Part shown: positions 18,705-29,747 of the stretch, one piece after another | How positions within the stretch are numbered: position 1 is the stretch's first letter | How the letters are laid out: each line of letters starts with the position of its first letter | Source of the DNA: Promethearchaeati archaeon | GTDB taxonomy: Archaea; Asgardarchaeota; Heimdallarchaeia; JABLTI01 | DNA length: 54,650 nt | NCBI GenBank assembly: GCA_013166835.1 | Contig: JABLTI010000006.1 | Span: forward strand, 1-54,650 | Direction of reading: 5' to 3' | The notes under the pieces: model-generated | What the model was told of the DNA's origin: nothing | The model's database searches: none | What the model saw: the letters and a program-made list of their open reading frames with translations, nothing else | Program-made: the position numbers and the translations under genes

Positions 18705-20099
18705 CTAACCAACAGAACGTAAACTGTATTCTTGTTTATACTCAGGTACTCGAGCCCAAATTCTTAGGATATTCCGTAGCTCAGCTGCAAAAGTCAACGA
18801 TTGTTCAGCTTCTCCATGCAAAACAAATGTTTTTAGTGGTTTCTTCTTTATTCGCTCGATATGAGCTCTTAGCTCTCGTTTATCTGCGTGTGCACTGAAT
18901 CCTCTAATCATTTTTATTTTTGCTTTAACAGGTATTTTCTTTTGATAGATCTCCACTTCCTCTGCTCCCTCAACTATCTTTCGTCCTAGAGTTCCTCTTG
19001 CTTGATATCCTACAAAGAGTACAACAGATTTTCTCGTTGGTAATTCATTTATTAAATGACTTAGGATTCTACCCCCGGTACACATTCCGGATCCTGCAAA
19101 AACAACACAAGTTTCCCAACCTGACCGTATAGCTCGAGACTCTCGAGAGCTTTTTGAAAACTTCAACTCAGGGAAAGTTAAGGGATTATCTCCAGATTTT
19201 AGTAAACTCAAGGTTTCTTTGTCATAACATTCAGGATGATCCAGATAAACTTCTGTAGCATCAATAGCCATTGGTGAATCAATATAAACAGGAGTCCTAT
19301 CGATTTCTCCTTTTTCAAAAATGGCATTTAAGAAGTAAATCAGAATTTGAGTTCTCCCAACAGCAAACGAAGGAATTATTAGTTTTCCTCCTTCTTGTGA
19401 AACATGTTTTGCATATTCTAATAACATATCTCTAGCTTTTTCCATCGGTGGATGAATTCGGTTCCCGTAGGTAGATTCTGTTATTAGATAATGTGTTTCT
19501 TCTATCGGATCAGGATTTTTTATTAAAGGTATACCATTCTGACCTAAATCTCCAGTGAATGCAATTTTAGTTCCATCGAAATCCAATATTGGTTGTGCTG
19601 AACCTAAAATATGACCTGCGTCAAGATACTTGAATGAGATGTTTTTCTCTATTGTTTTGGTTTTATGATAAGAAACAGAAATAATATGTTTTAGAGCTTC
19701 AAAGACATCTTCTTCATCATAGAGAGGTTCTATTCCTCCCCTTTGTTTTTTTCTACTTGCTTTCCTTGCTTCTTCCTTTGAGATTTTCACAGCATCTAAA
19801 AGTAGAATTTTCAAAAGATCTTTGGTAGCGGGAGTACAATATACTGGTCCTTCGTATCCTTGCTGATAAAGTAAAGGTATACGACCCGAATGGTCAATAT
19901 GAGCGTGGGAAAGCACTAAGTGATCAATGCTTTTTGGATCAAAGGAAAACTTTCGATTATAATGATGAGGAATCCCTTGTATCATTCCACAATCTAATAA
20001 GATTCGTTTATTTCCTGCTTGGATAATATGAGCAGATCCTGTTGTTCGACCAACAGCCCCATGAAAAGTCACAGATAGGTCCATCAAATAAATCTCCAA
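18705..20099 (-). CDS. Metallo-beta-lactamase / beta-CASP RNA-processing nuclease
   Basis: LLDCG, SHAHIDHSG, AGHILGSA, ESTYG, PSFAVGRTQ, GYQARGTLG, FSAHAD, HGE motifs. Confidence 0.93.
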   Translation of the reverse strand: MEIYLMDLSVTFHGAVGRTTGSAHIIQAGNKRILLDCGMIQGIPHHYNRKFSFDPKSIDHLVLSHAHIDHSGRIPLLYQQGYEGPVYCTPATKDLLKILLLDAVKISKEEARKASRKKQRGGIEPLYDEEDVFEALKHIISVSYHKTKTIEKNISFKYLDAGHILGSAQPILDFDGTKIAFTGDLGQNGIPLIKNPDPIEETHYLITESTYGNRIHPPMEKARDMLLEYAKHVSQEGGKLIIPSFAVGRTQILIYFLNAIFEKGEIDRTPVYIDSPMAIDATEVYLDHPECYDKETLSLLKSGDNPLTFPELKFSKSSRESRAIRSGWETCVVFAGSGMCTGGRILSHLINELPTRKSVVLFVGYQARGTLGRKIVEGAEEVEIYQKKIPVKAKIKMIRGFSAHADKRELRAHIERIKKKPLKTFVLHGEAEQSLTFAAELRNILRIWARVPEYKQEYSLRSVG

Positions 20100-20316
20100 T
20101 TAATTGATTTCATACATAATTCCCTTCAGATTAATAATTATTAGCTATCTAGCACAAATTTGCAAGATAAGAGAAATTTATATCTAGAAACATCTTGTTT
20201 AACATAATTTTTATTTGAGTGAGATAGTTTAGTATAAAGGCAGATAAAAAAACAACAATAATAATATGATTTATAGAAAAATCATATGTTTAAAACTTCA
20301 TGTGTGGATTTAAAGG

Positions 20317-23300
20317 ATGTTTGAAAATATCGAAAAAGCCCGACAGCTTCTCAAACCAGGCACTTATAGAGCTGCTATAGATGAATTCTTTAAACTTGTT
20401 AAAGAGTTAAAGGAGAAAGGAAATGAAGATGAAGCTTGTAGATTATTATTAGAAATTACCTCTAGTATCACAGGAACTAACGATAGAAGACTGATTTTTC
20501 TCACAGCAGAAGGACTTCTTCGAGAACTTGATAAATTAAAAGTAAAAGATCCCGATAGCTTTTACGGGGAAATTGATGTCTTTCTTGCAAATGTAAAAGA
20601 TCTTTATAGGAAAAATGATGACCAATTTGAGAAAGCAGCTCAACTATCAGAAATCCAAATTAGATTGTATGATAAAATAAAACGAGAGACCACAGATATT
20701 GCACTCGAGGCAGCAAATGATTATGCAGATTTAGCAGCAAAGATTTTGTCAAGAACAAGACTTAGAGATGAAGACGAAAAGCAAGGTCAAGAAACTATAA
20801 AGAAAGCAAAAAAATTGTATGGAAAAGCTAAACAAGAAGAAAAAGTAATCGACATTTACATCAAGACTTTCAACAAACATATAGAGAATCGCAATGAAGA
20901 AATGGCAGAAAAATACTTGGATCAAGCAGTAAATTTTGTGTTAAGTCTAAAAGCAGATGAAGTAAAAATTCTCACTGTGACTGAGCAATTAATGAATTCT
21001 TTTGTTGTATTTGTTGAATTTAAGATTCCCGATATCTTGAATCCCGAACAGAAGATATCCAAAGTAGAGACAGTGCAATATGAAAATAATGTCGCAACAA
21101 GAATTATTACCCATGCCAAAGATATTTGTGTTTCCCGAAAAGCAGAACCTGCAATTCTCATTCTTGCGAAAGAACTCTCACTGATTGGTTTAGCTATCTT
21201 TTCAAAGGGATTATATGATATCGCAATCCCATATTATGAAACTGCTAAGGATTATTATATTGAAGTTGGAATAGATCAAGAAGCAATTGAATATGGATCC
21301 AATGTTGCCTCAATTGGTTTGCAATTATATACTGATGAAAGGTATCCTATTGGAAGAGATTACTTCAGAATTGCTATTGAACTTGGTCGAAGTATAGATA
21401 GGGAGTTTGAAGTTAGCATTTATCTTAAACAAGCTGAACTGCTTTTAAAATATAACAAATTTCAACTGGCATATGAATCACTCCGAATGATGATTGATCC
21501 TTTAACGGAGCTTCCTGAGAGCGATATGAGAATGGACGCTCCAAGTATGATTCGACAACTAGCTCAAGAAAGATTCAATAAGAACGATTTTCATTATGCA
21601 GAATTATTTTATCGCTTGGTTACAGAATTCTTTATTGCTTTTGATCAAATTGATTTAGCTGCAGATACTTTTGATGCTGCATGGCAATCTATGTTCAATG
21701 TAAGACAGCTCCAAACTGGTATCGACTTGGCTACTAAAGCTGCTAATTTTTATCTTAAAACTGGCAAAGAAGAAGAAGCATCAGAAGTCTACTTTAAATT
21801 AGCGGAACGATTATTGCAAGAAGGGCATTTAGATATTGCATTGGAACGATTAAAACTTACAGCTGAAGCAATTCCAGAAAACCTTCGAGAGCAAAAATTC
21901 AAACCACTTGTAGAAATTGCTACAAAATATACTGAACAATGTATAAAATCCGGAGATATTATTTATGCTCGAGACCTTTGGAAGGCTGCTTGTGAATTTA
22001 ATGAAGTTCTTGCTCGATCTCTTATCAAACGCGATATTAATGCAGTAGTTGAAACAATTGAAGAGCATATTAGTAATGTACGAAAATTCGACACTGAAGA
22101 ACTTAATGAAGTAACTATGGAATCTGCAAGAGGGAGTGGGAAAGTTCTCGCTGAAGCCGGAGAAAATGAACGAGCAGCAAAGGTTTTGGTAGGGTTTGCA
22201 ACTGATTTTCTAAGGAAAAATATTACTGAATTTGCTGATCCCTTGTTTGAACAAGGAGCAGAGGAATTCATTAAAGCAAAACAACCAGAAGAAGCAGCTA
22301 GAGTATTATCTGCTCTTGGGAGATATCATTCTGAGAACGGAAATATTGACAAAGCACTCCATTACTATTTATTAGCATCTGTTGATAGTGAAATGAAGGT
22401 TGATCCCAACATATTCCACTCGGTTGCAGAACATTGTTTTGAAACTTTTTCCAGTCAATTAAATGCGGGTGCTACTGATATCGCAGAAAAAGGATTTGAA
22501 ACTACTATTAGAATTGAGCTTGCTGTTAGTAAAGAAGCTGCTGCAAATAGTGCAAGTGATATGGCAAAGTTATTTGTTGAAAAAAATGAATTTACCTTGT
22601 CAATAAAGTATTATGAGCAAGCAATCAGCTATTATATGGAGTCATCAATTAGAAATGCTGTCGCCTTAGGAGCAGAAATAATTGAACGAGGTAGAGAGAT
22701 TTTCCAGAAAAAACTTTTCGAAGACTCAAGTAATTTCATTATATTAGGCCTTGAAGCATTAAGCAAATCCAATCAGAAAATACAAGCAGCACAAACAGCT
22801 AGGATTGAAGGGGAACGATTCTTAGGAAGTGCTAACCCTCACCTTGGAATTAATTTACTAAACAAAGCAGTCGCATATTATCTTGAGTTAAATGATAAAA
22901 GCTCAGCTGCTGATATGCACATTACATTAGGTAGGTATTTTATTTCTGCTAATGATTTCGAACATGGATTAAGAGAAATAAAGGTAGCAGGTGATATTCA
23001 ATTAACACTTAAGAAATCTAATGAATTAAAGAAATTAATCAATATCATTAACGAGATTGCAATTGAAATTGCTACAAGTAAAATTACTTCAACCAAAGCA
23101 GGTGAAGAAGACCGAGAAAAAATGAGTCAAACATACTTTGCGGTCGCAGAAGATTTTACTATACAACTTGGCGATTTAGAGTTTAACAGTGAAGTAAATT
23201 ATAAGGAATGGATCACTTATTCAAAAGAACTCCTTCATAATGCAGCTTATGAAAGTTTGAAGAAAACCTATGAGTCATATATTAGTTTGAAGAACAATAA

Positions 23301-26300
23301 ACGTATAAGTGAGCTTGCTGCAGAAGTTACTAGTTTCTCAACTGATCTTATTTCTAAAGAGGATCTTATTGGAGCAACAAAATATCTGAATTTATCAATC
23401 AATATTCTCCAAAAGGTAAACAAACATGAAGAAGCTGCTGCTATGTGCATCAGAACTTGTGAAGAATTTCTAAAATTGGAAAACAATGAAGTTGCAGTTT
23501 CTTGGGGTATACGTGGTGCTGAAATCTTAACAGAAGTTCAAATCTCAGATGAAGCAATCCAATTTCTTGAAGAACTTGTTAATGTTTTAATGGCTAGGAA
23601 TAGCATAGAAAATGCTATACTTTGTTATGGGAAAATCGCTAAAATCCTTGAACTAAATGGACGAATGAAAGAAGTTGAAGAAACAGCACTTAAAGTGATG
23701 GCTTTTGGGACTGCTAATATGAAAAGCAATAATCCTGAAGCTGGTTTACGTTTATGGGAAGTAGCGCTAACAATTGGATCAATTGTAGGAGAAGAATTTA
23801 CAGGAAGACTATGTATTATTGAGGGCCAAACTTTCTATGATATTAAGAATTATGAGAAATCCATTGAGCTCTTCAAAGAAAGCTTCAGTCTTTTCAACCG
23901 AACTGGAAAGCCTAATCGTTTAATCAGTCTCGGCAATGCTATTTTTGATATAGCATATGAATTACAGAAGAATATGGATTTTGATACTTCTTTCAGATAT
24001 CTACCAATTGCATTTGAAGCATTAATTGCGGGAAATGAATTAATGTTAGCAACAGATAAGATGTTTGGTAATGCTAAAAATTTCATAGAAATTGGAAAAG
24101 ACAAGGAAGGATATCATATCATTAATACTGCTATTGACACCTTATTCTCAAAAGAAGATATGGCGGGGGGAGTTGAACGATGCTTTATTGGTGCTGCCTT
24201 ACTAATTTCCTATGGAAAGAATGTTGAAGGAAGCAGATTAATCGATAAAGGAATGGAGAAAACCGTACAAATTACTGATGAGCCAGCGATTAAGCATCTT
24301 GCTACTGTCTGTAGAAATCAAGGTATTATTCTTCGAGATGAAGGTAAACTCGAAGCTTCTCATATTATACTTGCTTCAGGTATTGGTATTTTGCGAACAA
24401 TTAATGATTTAGTAGGTATTGGGCAAATTAGCATTGATCTTGGAGAAACACTCATAAAACGAAATGAAATGAATGCTGCAGTTGAAGCGTTTCGAAATGG
24501 TATACATTTGCTAGCACGAGGTGGTCTTGGTAAAGAAGCAAGTGATATTGTTAACAATCTAATCACAGAGGGAAGAAAGCAAATCGATAATCAGAATATT
24601 ATTATTGGAGTACCTCTTGTAGAGCTCTCTGGAGAACTATTCATTGAATTAGGTCAGCCTGAACGTATTATGGTTATCTCTGAAATTTTCATAAATCTCG
24701 GTGGAAAGATGCTTAATGAGAAGAATTACGACATAGCAGCACTTTACTTCTCTAAAGCAATGGAATTAGCTCTACAAGCAGGTCTTAAAGATTATTTACC
24801 AAAAGTCGGTAATCGATGTATTGATTTCGGACTTAAACTTGTTAAAGAAGGAGACCCAATGCTTGGTATCCAATTTATGAATGCAGGTGCTGACTTGATT
24901 TCAGAATTCGAGGAGAAAACAGAGAAAGCAAGTCGAGCTACTTCTAATTATATTGAAGCAATAACACAAGTTCTAAGCCCAGCATATGAGAAAATATTCG
25001 AGGTTGAAGAAGAAAGAATGGTTTTAATTGGTCAATTTATAGATTCAACAATTAAATTCTTCACTCAAATTAAAGCAGCAAAAGATTTAGAAAAACTCAC
25101 AAAAACACTTCTCGATTATGGAAAGAAATTACTGAGAACAAAGAATCCGCGAATTGTTAGACGTATTTTTGAACCAGCATTACGATCAGCTGAAAATGCA
25201 AATAATACAAAACTACAAATTGAAATTGGAAACGCATATTTAACTCATGTTAGTTACTTGGTAGATAAAAAGCAATACGACTATCTTGATACAACAGTAA
25301 ATCAAGCATTAAACATCTATATTGAAGTTAATGAATTAAAAGAAATAAGGAAATTTATGGGTATAATGGCTCATACTGGACGAGAGCTAAGTCTTGAATC
25401 AACGACTCGTACTCATGGCATCAAAATTTTAACTATGTTATCTGATTTAGCATCCTCACTTACTCATCAAGAACTTTATCCGGTCACAATCATCCCACTT
25501 ATCCACTTGAATCAGCAAGCATTAGAGCAGGAAAATCTTGAACTTATGATTTTCGCCAGACAAAACGTCATTCGTCTCTTACAATCTATATTAAATACAA
25601 ATTACTCATTGGCCATTCTCGGTAATATTAGCTTATCAAATATGATTTATGAGTGGTTCAAACCTGCTGAGGAAATGATTTCAAAATCAATGTTTTTGGA
25701 TCAGACCATTAAAATTATCGATCAATCCTTGCAACTTGCGGTTATCACTCAAGAAATTGAGTTGGGTATGGCAGTAATTGATAAAACCTTTGAATTAATC
25801 GATACCGTACTCAGACGTAAAGTAAAAGGTATTGATGTTCTCTATGAAGTTCTCGCAATTGCTCTTACTGGTCTTGGACAAAGAGCTAGAGTTGTGGAAT
25901 TAGGAACTAGATGTATGGAAGATGGAAAAGAAGCTGCTGAAAGAAAACATTTAATGGAATCTATCAGTCTGCTTAAAACTGCAGGTCGAATATTTGCTTT
26001 ATTAGATGATGAAAGGTTAATTGCTGATACTGCTATTGCAGCTGCAACCATTGGAGATCTTCGTTTACGCGATAAGAATTACAGGGAAGGACTCTATTAT
26101 TATTCTGCAGCGCTTGAAAACTATGAATTATCACGTGATGAGAAAAGCATCCAACTTATAGCTAAAACAATACAGGATATGTTCAATACAGCTCCGATGA
26201 AAGACGGATATCTTTCCTTTGAAATTCCTGGAATGGTATTTGCAAATCGAGAGAATGTTACAGAAGCAGAAGCAATCGCTGTCAGAGCACTGGAACAAGT

Positions 26301-27243
26301 CGATAATATGCTTAAATCAGGAAAGAAAAACGTCATTTATGATTCTATTCTTTACTTATTCGCTGCAACTAAAATCTATGATAAAACAGGAAATTTCATA
26401 GAAGAAACTAAAATCTATGATACTCACATGTTTCAGTATATATCCGCGATTAACGAGGCAAAAGTTGTTGATTTATTCTTAGACATGTTAATTCGTTCTA
26501 TAACAAAGAAATTACGTATTTGGGACTTTATTGCAATCATAAAATTATTTGACCAAATTAAAGATCAAAAGGTCTTAAAGAATAAACAATACCAAGCAAT
26601 AAGAAGTTCAATTGAAGAATTACTTAAAGGTCAAATCCCAGAAGCCTTTGAGCATGCTCGCCAAGTAAATGTGTTATTTGAGCGAGGTGTTCAGGAATAT
26701 GCTGAGATCTACAAAGAACAAATCAAAGAAGATATCAGAGAAAGTGGCAAGTTAAGTATACATGATTACATGCAAGAACAACCCATCTCAGACCTAGTTA
26801 ATGTCTTAATCCAAGATCTCTATGGTAGAAAAGAAATTGAAGGAAAGTATTTCCCAATTGGTCTTTTTGTTTCTGCCAAGCAATTAGAAGGCACAATTAA
26901 TCTCTTAGACAAAGAATTAGCTGACAAAGGGAAAGCTGTCATAACAGAAGTTGCTCAGAATACTGCTTTGACATTAGATGAAGCTATGAGTGTTATCCGT
27001 ATCGAATACCTTCCACAGAAATTCCAAGCAACTCTCAATGAGGATTATTCAATTGTTTATTCTTATCTGCAGTTAAGAAATGAAGTCAAAGATCTTGCTC
27101 TCGGATACCAAGAAATTGGAAATATTGATATAAACAAAATTTCACAGCAACTCAAATTCCCACCCGAGACTATTCAACGAGAAATTGAATATCTTATTCT
27201 AGAAGGTAAAATCAATCCTCGTTTGGTCGGTAGAACTAAATAA
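20317..27243 (+). CDS. Giant TPR/SNAP-like alpha-solenoid protein with C-terminal tandem winged-helix (UFL1/PCI-like) domains
   Basis: 2308 aa of A..Y..A-type helical repeats. The last ~170 aa contain three wH-like units ending in the PCI-like IDINKISQQLKFPPETIQREIEYLILEGKINPRL. Confidence 0.8.
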   Translation: MFENIEKARQLLKPGTYRAAIDEFFKLVKELKEKGNEDEACRLLLEITSSITGTNDRRLIFLTAEGLLRELDKLKVKDPDSFYGEIDVFLANVKDLYRKNDDQFEKAAQLSEIQIRLYDKIKRETTDIALEAANDYADLAAKILSRTRLRDEDEKQGQETIKKAKKLYGKAKQEEKVIDIYIKTFNKHIENRNEEMAEKYLDQAVNFVLSLKADEVKILTVTEQLMNSFVVFVEFKIPDILNPEQKISKVETVQYENNVATRIITHAKDICVSRKAEPAILILAKELSLIGLAIFSKGLYDIAIPYYETAKDYYIEVGIDQEAIEYGSNVASIGLQLYTDERYPIGRDYFRIAIELGRSIDREFEVSIYLKQAELLLKYNKFQLAYESLRMMIDPLTELPESDMRMDAPSMIRQLAQERFNKNDFHYAELFYRLVTEFFIAFDQIDLAADTFDAAWQSMFNVRQLQTGIDLATKAANFYLKTGKEEEASEVYFKLAERLLQEGHLDIALERLKLTAEAIPENLREQKFKPLVEIATKYTEQCIKSGDIIYARDLWKAACEFNEVLARSLIKRDINAVVETIEEHISNVRKFDTEELNEVTMESARGSGKVLAEAGENERAAKVLVGFATDFLRKNITEFADPLFEQGAEEFIKAKQPEEAARVLSALGRYHSENGNIDKALHYYLLASVDSEMKVDPNIFHSVAEHCFETFSSQLNAGATDIAEKGFETTIRIELAVSKEAAANSASDMAKLFVEKNEFTLSIKYYEQAISYYMESSIRNAVALGAEIIERGREIFQKKLFEDSSNFIILGLEALSKSNQKIQAAQTARIEGERFLGSANPHLGINLLNKAVAYYLELNDKSSAADMHITLGRYFISANDFEHGLREIKVAGDIQLTLKKSNELKKLINIINEIAIEIATSKITSTKAGEEDREKMSQTYFAVAEDFTIQLGDLEFNSEVNYKEWITYSKELLHNAAYESLKKTYESYISLKNNKRISELAAEVTSFSTDLISKEDLIGATKYLNLSINILQKVNKHEEAAAMCIRTCEEFLKLENNEVAVSWGIRGAEILTEVQISDEAIQFLEELVNVLMARNSIENAILCYGKIAKILELNGRMKEVEETALKVMAFGTANMKSNNPEAGLRLWEVALTIGSIVGEEFTGRLCIIEGQTFYDIKNYEKSIELFKESFSLFNRTGKPNRLISLGNAIFDIAYELQKNMDFDTSFRYLPIAFEALIAGNELMLATDKMFGNAKNFIEIGKDKEGYHIINTAIDTLFSKEDMAGGVERCFIGAALLISYGKNVEGSRLIDKGMEKTVQITDEPAIKHLATVCRNQGIILRDEGKLEASHIILASGIGILRTINDLVGIGQISIDLGETLIKRNEMNAAVEAFRNGIHLLARGGLGKEASDIVNNLITEGRKQIDNQNIIIGVPLVELSGELFIELGQPERIMVISEIFINLGGKMLNEKNYDIAALYFSKAMELALQAGLKDYLPKVGNRCIDFGLKLVKEGDPMLGIQFMNAGADLISEFEEKTEKASRATSNYIEAITQVLSPAYEKIFEVEEERMVLIGQFIDSTIKFFTQIKAAKDLEKLTKTLLDYGKKLLRTKNPRIVRRIFEPALRSAENANNTKLQIEIGNAYLTHVSYLVDKKQYDYLDTTVNQALNIYIEVNELKEIRKFMGIMAHTGRELSLESTTRTHGIKILTMLSDLASSLTHQELYPVTIIPLIHLNQQALEQENLELMIFARQNVIRLLQSILNTNYSLAILGNISLSNMIYEWFKPAEEMISKSMFLDQTIKIIDQSLQLAVITQEIELGMAVIDKTFELIDTVLRRKVKGIDVLYEVLAIALTGLGQRARVVELGTRCMEDGKEAAERKHLMESISLLKTAGRIFALLDDERLIADTAIAAATIGDLRLRDKNYREGLYYYSAALENYELSRDEKSIQLIAKTIQDMFNTAPMKDGYLSFEIPGMVFANRENVTEAEAIAVRALEQVDNMLKSGKKNVIYDSILYLFAATKIYDKTGNFIEETKIYDTHMFQYISAINEAKVVDLFLDMLIRSITKKLRIWDFIAIIKLFDQIKDQKVLKNKQYQAIRSSIEELLKGQIPEAFEHARQVNVLFERGVQEYAEIYKEQIKEDIRESGKLSIHDYMQEQPISDLVNVLIQDLYGRKEIEGKYFPIGLFVSAKQLEGTINLLDKELADKGKAVITEVAQNTALTLDEAMSVIRIEYLPQKFQATLNEDYSIVYSYLQLRNEVKDLALGYQEIGNIDINKISQQLKFPPETIQREIEYLILEGKINPRLVGRTK

Positions 27244-27256
27244 AGATAGCAAATTG

Positions 27257-28336
27257 CTATTCTTTTTTAGCTCCTTCATAATCAATCTTGCATATTGTTG
27301 CTTTACCACCAACACTATTTATTGCATGTGCAACTTCTTCTTCCTTTCCAGGAGCTAATGCAATTATACATCCCCCTAAGCCTGCCCCAGTTAGTTTTGC
27401 TCCCAGTGCTCCCGATTTTAATGACACATCCACCAAATTATCAAGTTCAGGTATCGAAACTCCAAGATAATCTCTTAGCATTGTTTGTTGTTTCGTAAGC
27501 AATGATCCTAGACATTCAATATCTTGATTATTAGATTTAGATAATTCAATGCTTGATTTTTCAGTTATATTTCTGATTGTAATTACACCAAGTAATCTTC
27601 TATATTCATCTTCAGTAATAATATCCCGAAATTCAGTGAGAGTATCAGAAGCTAAAGATTTTAGTTTGAAATCGCCTTGCTTTTGGATTTTTTCGAATCC
27701 AGTTGTTATTTGATTCTTTAATAATGTTAAGGGTTCATTTGCTGATCGTTTTACACAGCTATCACCAATAACTAAACCTTCTAAGGGTGTTTCAAAGTGT
27801 TGTATATTATATGGGGGACCATCACAATTTAAAGAAAAAATCCCACCTAAAGAAGAAGAATATTGATCCATAATTCCACAATTAATTCCCAGAATGTTAT
27901 TTTCAGCAATGAAACACAAATCAGCGATTTCAGTTTTATTTAATTCCAATTCTAATTGATCGTTTAATGCTGTTAACCAAGACACTAATATTGCTGCTGA
28001 TGACGAAAGACCAGAACCAATAGGAACTTGGCTTGAGATAGTTACATTGAACCCGGGAATTTCCCCTATCATACCCTCCTTTTTTAGGACTATAATGATT
28101 GCTCGAAAATAATCAAATTCATTCTTTGTCAATGTGATTTCATCATTTACTTTAAAAACATCAGTTTTCTTCAATTCTAGCGAATGAACATTTATTTCAT
28201 TTAAATCGTTTCTTTCTATGGAAATTGTTGTGCGCAAATTGATTGCAGCTGGTATAACCGTTAATTTAAGATAATCTTGATGTTCTCCATAAAGACACAC
28301 CCTACCAGGTGCGGAGTAAATTTGTTTTTTTGTCAT
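27257..28336 (-). CDS. galK: Galactokinase-family GHMP kinase
   Basis: APGRVCLYGEHQDY, PIGSGLSSSAA, CGIMDQ and GAKLTGAGLGG motifs. Confidence 0.88.
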   Translation of the reverse strand: MTKKQIYSAPGRVCLYGEHQDYLKLTVIPAAINLRTTISIERNDLNEINVHSLELKKTDVFKVNDEITLTKNEFDYFRAIIIVLKKEGMIGEIPGFNVTISSQVPIGSGLSSSAAILVSWLTALNDQLELELNKTEIADLCFIAENNILGINCGIMDQYSSSLGGIFSLNCDGPPYNIQHFETPLEGLVIGDSCVKRSANEPLTLLKNQITTGFEKIQKQGDFKLKSLASDTLTEFRDIITEDEYRRLLGVITIRNITEKSSIELSKSNNQDIECLGSLLTKQQTMLRDYLGVSIPELDNLVDVSLKSGALGAKLTGAGLGGCIIALAPGKEEEVAHAINSVGGKATICKIDYEGAKKE

Positions 28337-28528
28337 TTTTTTGTCAACTTTATTTATGTCGTCTCTTTATCCTAAACTCAAAATTATAGTTAGTTCATTA
28401 TTTCACTTTTTGCTACAACGGAGAAATTTATTTAGCTAATACTCTTTATGAAACTATACTTTAAAGAATTGTTGATTAATAGATACATATTTTCTATGTA
28501 TTTTTTTTAATCAGGAGAATAGTTAGCA

Positions 28529-28948
28529 ATGATCGAAAATGCTATAATATTTTCAAAAGAAGCGAATAAGGCTATAGTAACATCAGCTTTTGGTGAAGTT
28601 GATCCTGAAACGGAAGATTTCAGTGATTCGCTTGCAAAGATTCGGGAAATAGCGATCAAATTAGAAAAAGGTGTTTTTAACCTTGATTTATCTGCTGGTT
28701 TAACAGCAATAATCTTTGCAATCCAAAACATTTCTGTAGCACTAGTTTTTAACGAATCCTTAGATAAAAGAGCGATAAAAGAATGGGAAGATGTTGCAAA
28801 ACAAATAGCTTCAGGAATTGACAAGATATATGATCCAAAGAAGGCAGATAATGAATATTCTGAGTACAAGAAGATTCTGGATGAAATCGTCGAGTGGCAT
28901 CTTAAAGAAGAGTCACCAATTGATAAAATGAAGGATGCACTTTGGTGA
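28529..28948 (+). CDS. Small longin-like domain protein
   Basis: 139 aa with a beta-beta-alpha-beta-beta-beta-alpha-alpha pattern (MIENAIIFSK..., ISVALVF, EYKKILDEIV); AGGAG SD. Confidence 0.55.
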   Translation: MIENAIIFSKEANKAIVTSAFGEVDPETEDFSDSLAKIREIAIKLEKGVFNLDLSAGLTAIIFAIQNISVALVFNESLDKRAIKEWEDVAKQIASGIDKIYDPKKADNEYSEYKKILDEIVEWHLKEESPIDKMKDALW

Positions 28949-28967
28949 TTTGGAGGAACTGATACAA

Positions 28968-29747
28968 ATGGCAGATTTACCTAGTGATGTAAGTTTAGGA
29001 GCACTAATAACAGTGGGCATTGTTACTCTAGCTGTCACAATTGTTGTAATTTTCTTGTACATAAGATATATCGAACGAAGAAGATTACCAGCTATTACAC
29101 TTGCTGTAACATTTACTTTTTGGGATTTAGGGGCGTTATCAGTTTTTATAGGGTCCTTGATTCATTATATAAAACAACCAATTGCAGCAGATTCTTATCA
29201 ATTTGTAAGGTATGGTTTCAATATCGGATATGCATTTTCAGCAATTAGTAATATATTCCTAGTAATCTTTGTTTCCCAGATTTTCGCACAATCACCAATG
29301 TTTCGGAAAACATACAAACTAGTTCCCTTGATTAATGCAATCTTCAATGGAGTAACTATTGGTCTTATTGTTGATACAATAATAGCTGATCCAAAAAATC
29401 CAGCTTATGCACTTGAACAAACAATTTACCACTTAATTATGACATTTATTGCTTTTCTATTACTATTGTTCTTTAGTATCGGAGCAAGAGGAAAAGTACA
29501 ATTCCGTTGGGAGAAAGCAGGCTTCAGTTTCATCATTGGTTCAGCATTAGCTGGAATAATGATTTACTTAATGCTTGCATTAGATCGTGTAGCTACATTA
29601 TTCGTCTCAGGATTTGAGGAAGGATATACTCCCTTTCTTTATATTGGATGGACATTCGCCATACTAATGTGTACACTTGCATATGCTGGTTACGTAATGC
29701 CAACGTTCCTACGCAGATTATTTAAGGAGGAAAAAAATCATGGATAG
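28968..29747 (+). CDS. Stand-alone 7TM membrane protein, paralog 1
   Basis: Seven hydrophobic segments; GGAGG SD before ATG 28968. Shares FTFWD, GY.FSA.SNIF, RWEKAGF, GYTPF and MP.F.R with the next gene. Confidence 0.8.
   Translation: MADLPSDVSLGALITVGIVTLAVTIVVIFLYIRYIERRRLPAITLAVTFTFWDLGALSVFIGSLIHYIKQPIAADSYQFVRYGFNIGYAFSAISNIFLVIFVSQIFAQSPMFRKTYKLVPLINAIFNGVTIGLIVDTIIADPKNPAYALEQTIYHLIMTFIAFLLLLFFSIGARGKVQFRWEKAGFSFIIGSALAGIMIYLMLALDRVATLFVSGFEEGYTPFLYIGWTFAILMCTLAYAGYVMPTFLRRLFKEEKNHG

Noticed and set aside
26368-26425. Short direct repeat ACTAAAATCTATGATA twice (TKIYD x2)
   Set aside because: Only two copies, in frame inside a helical repeat protein; no sign of a mobile-element or regulatory role.
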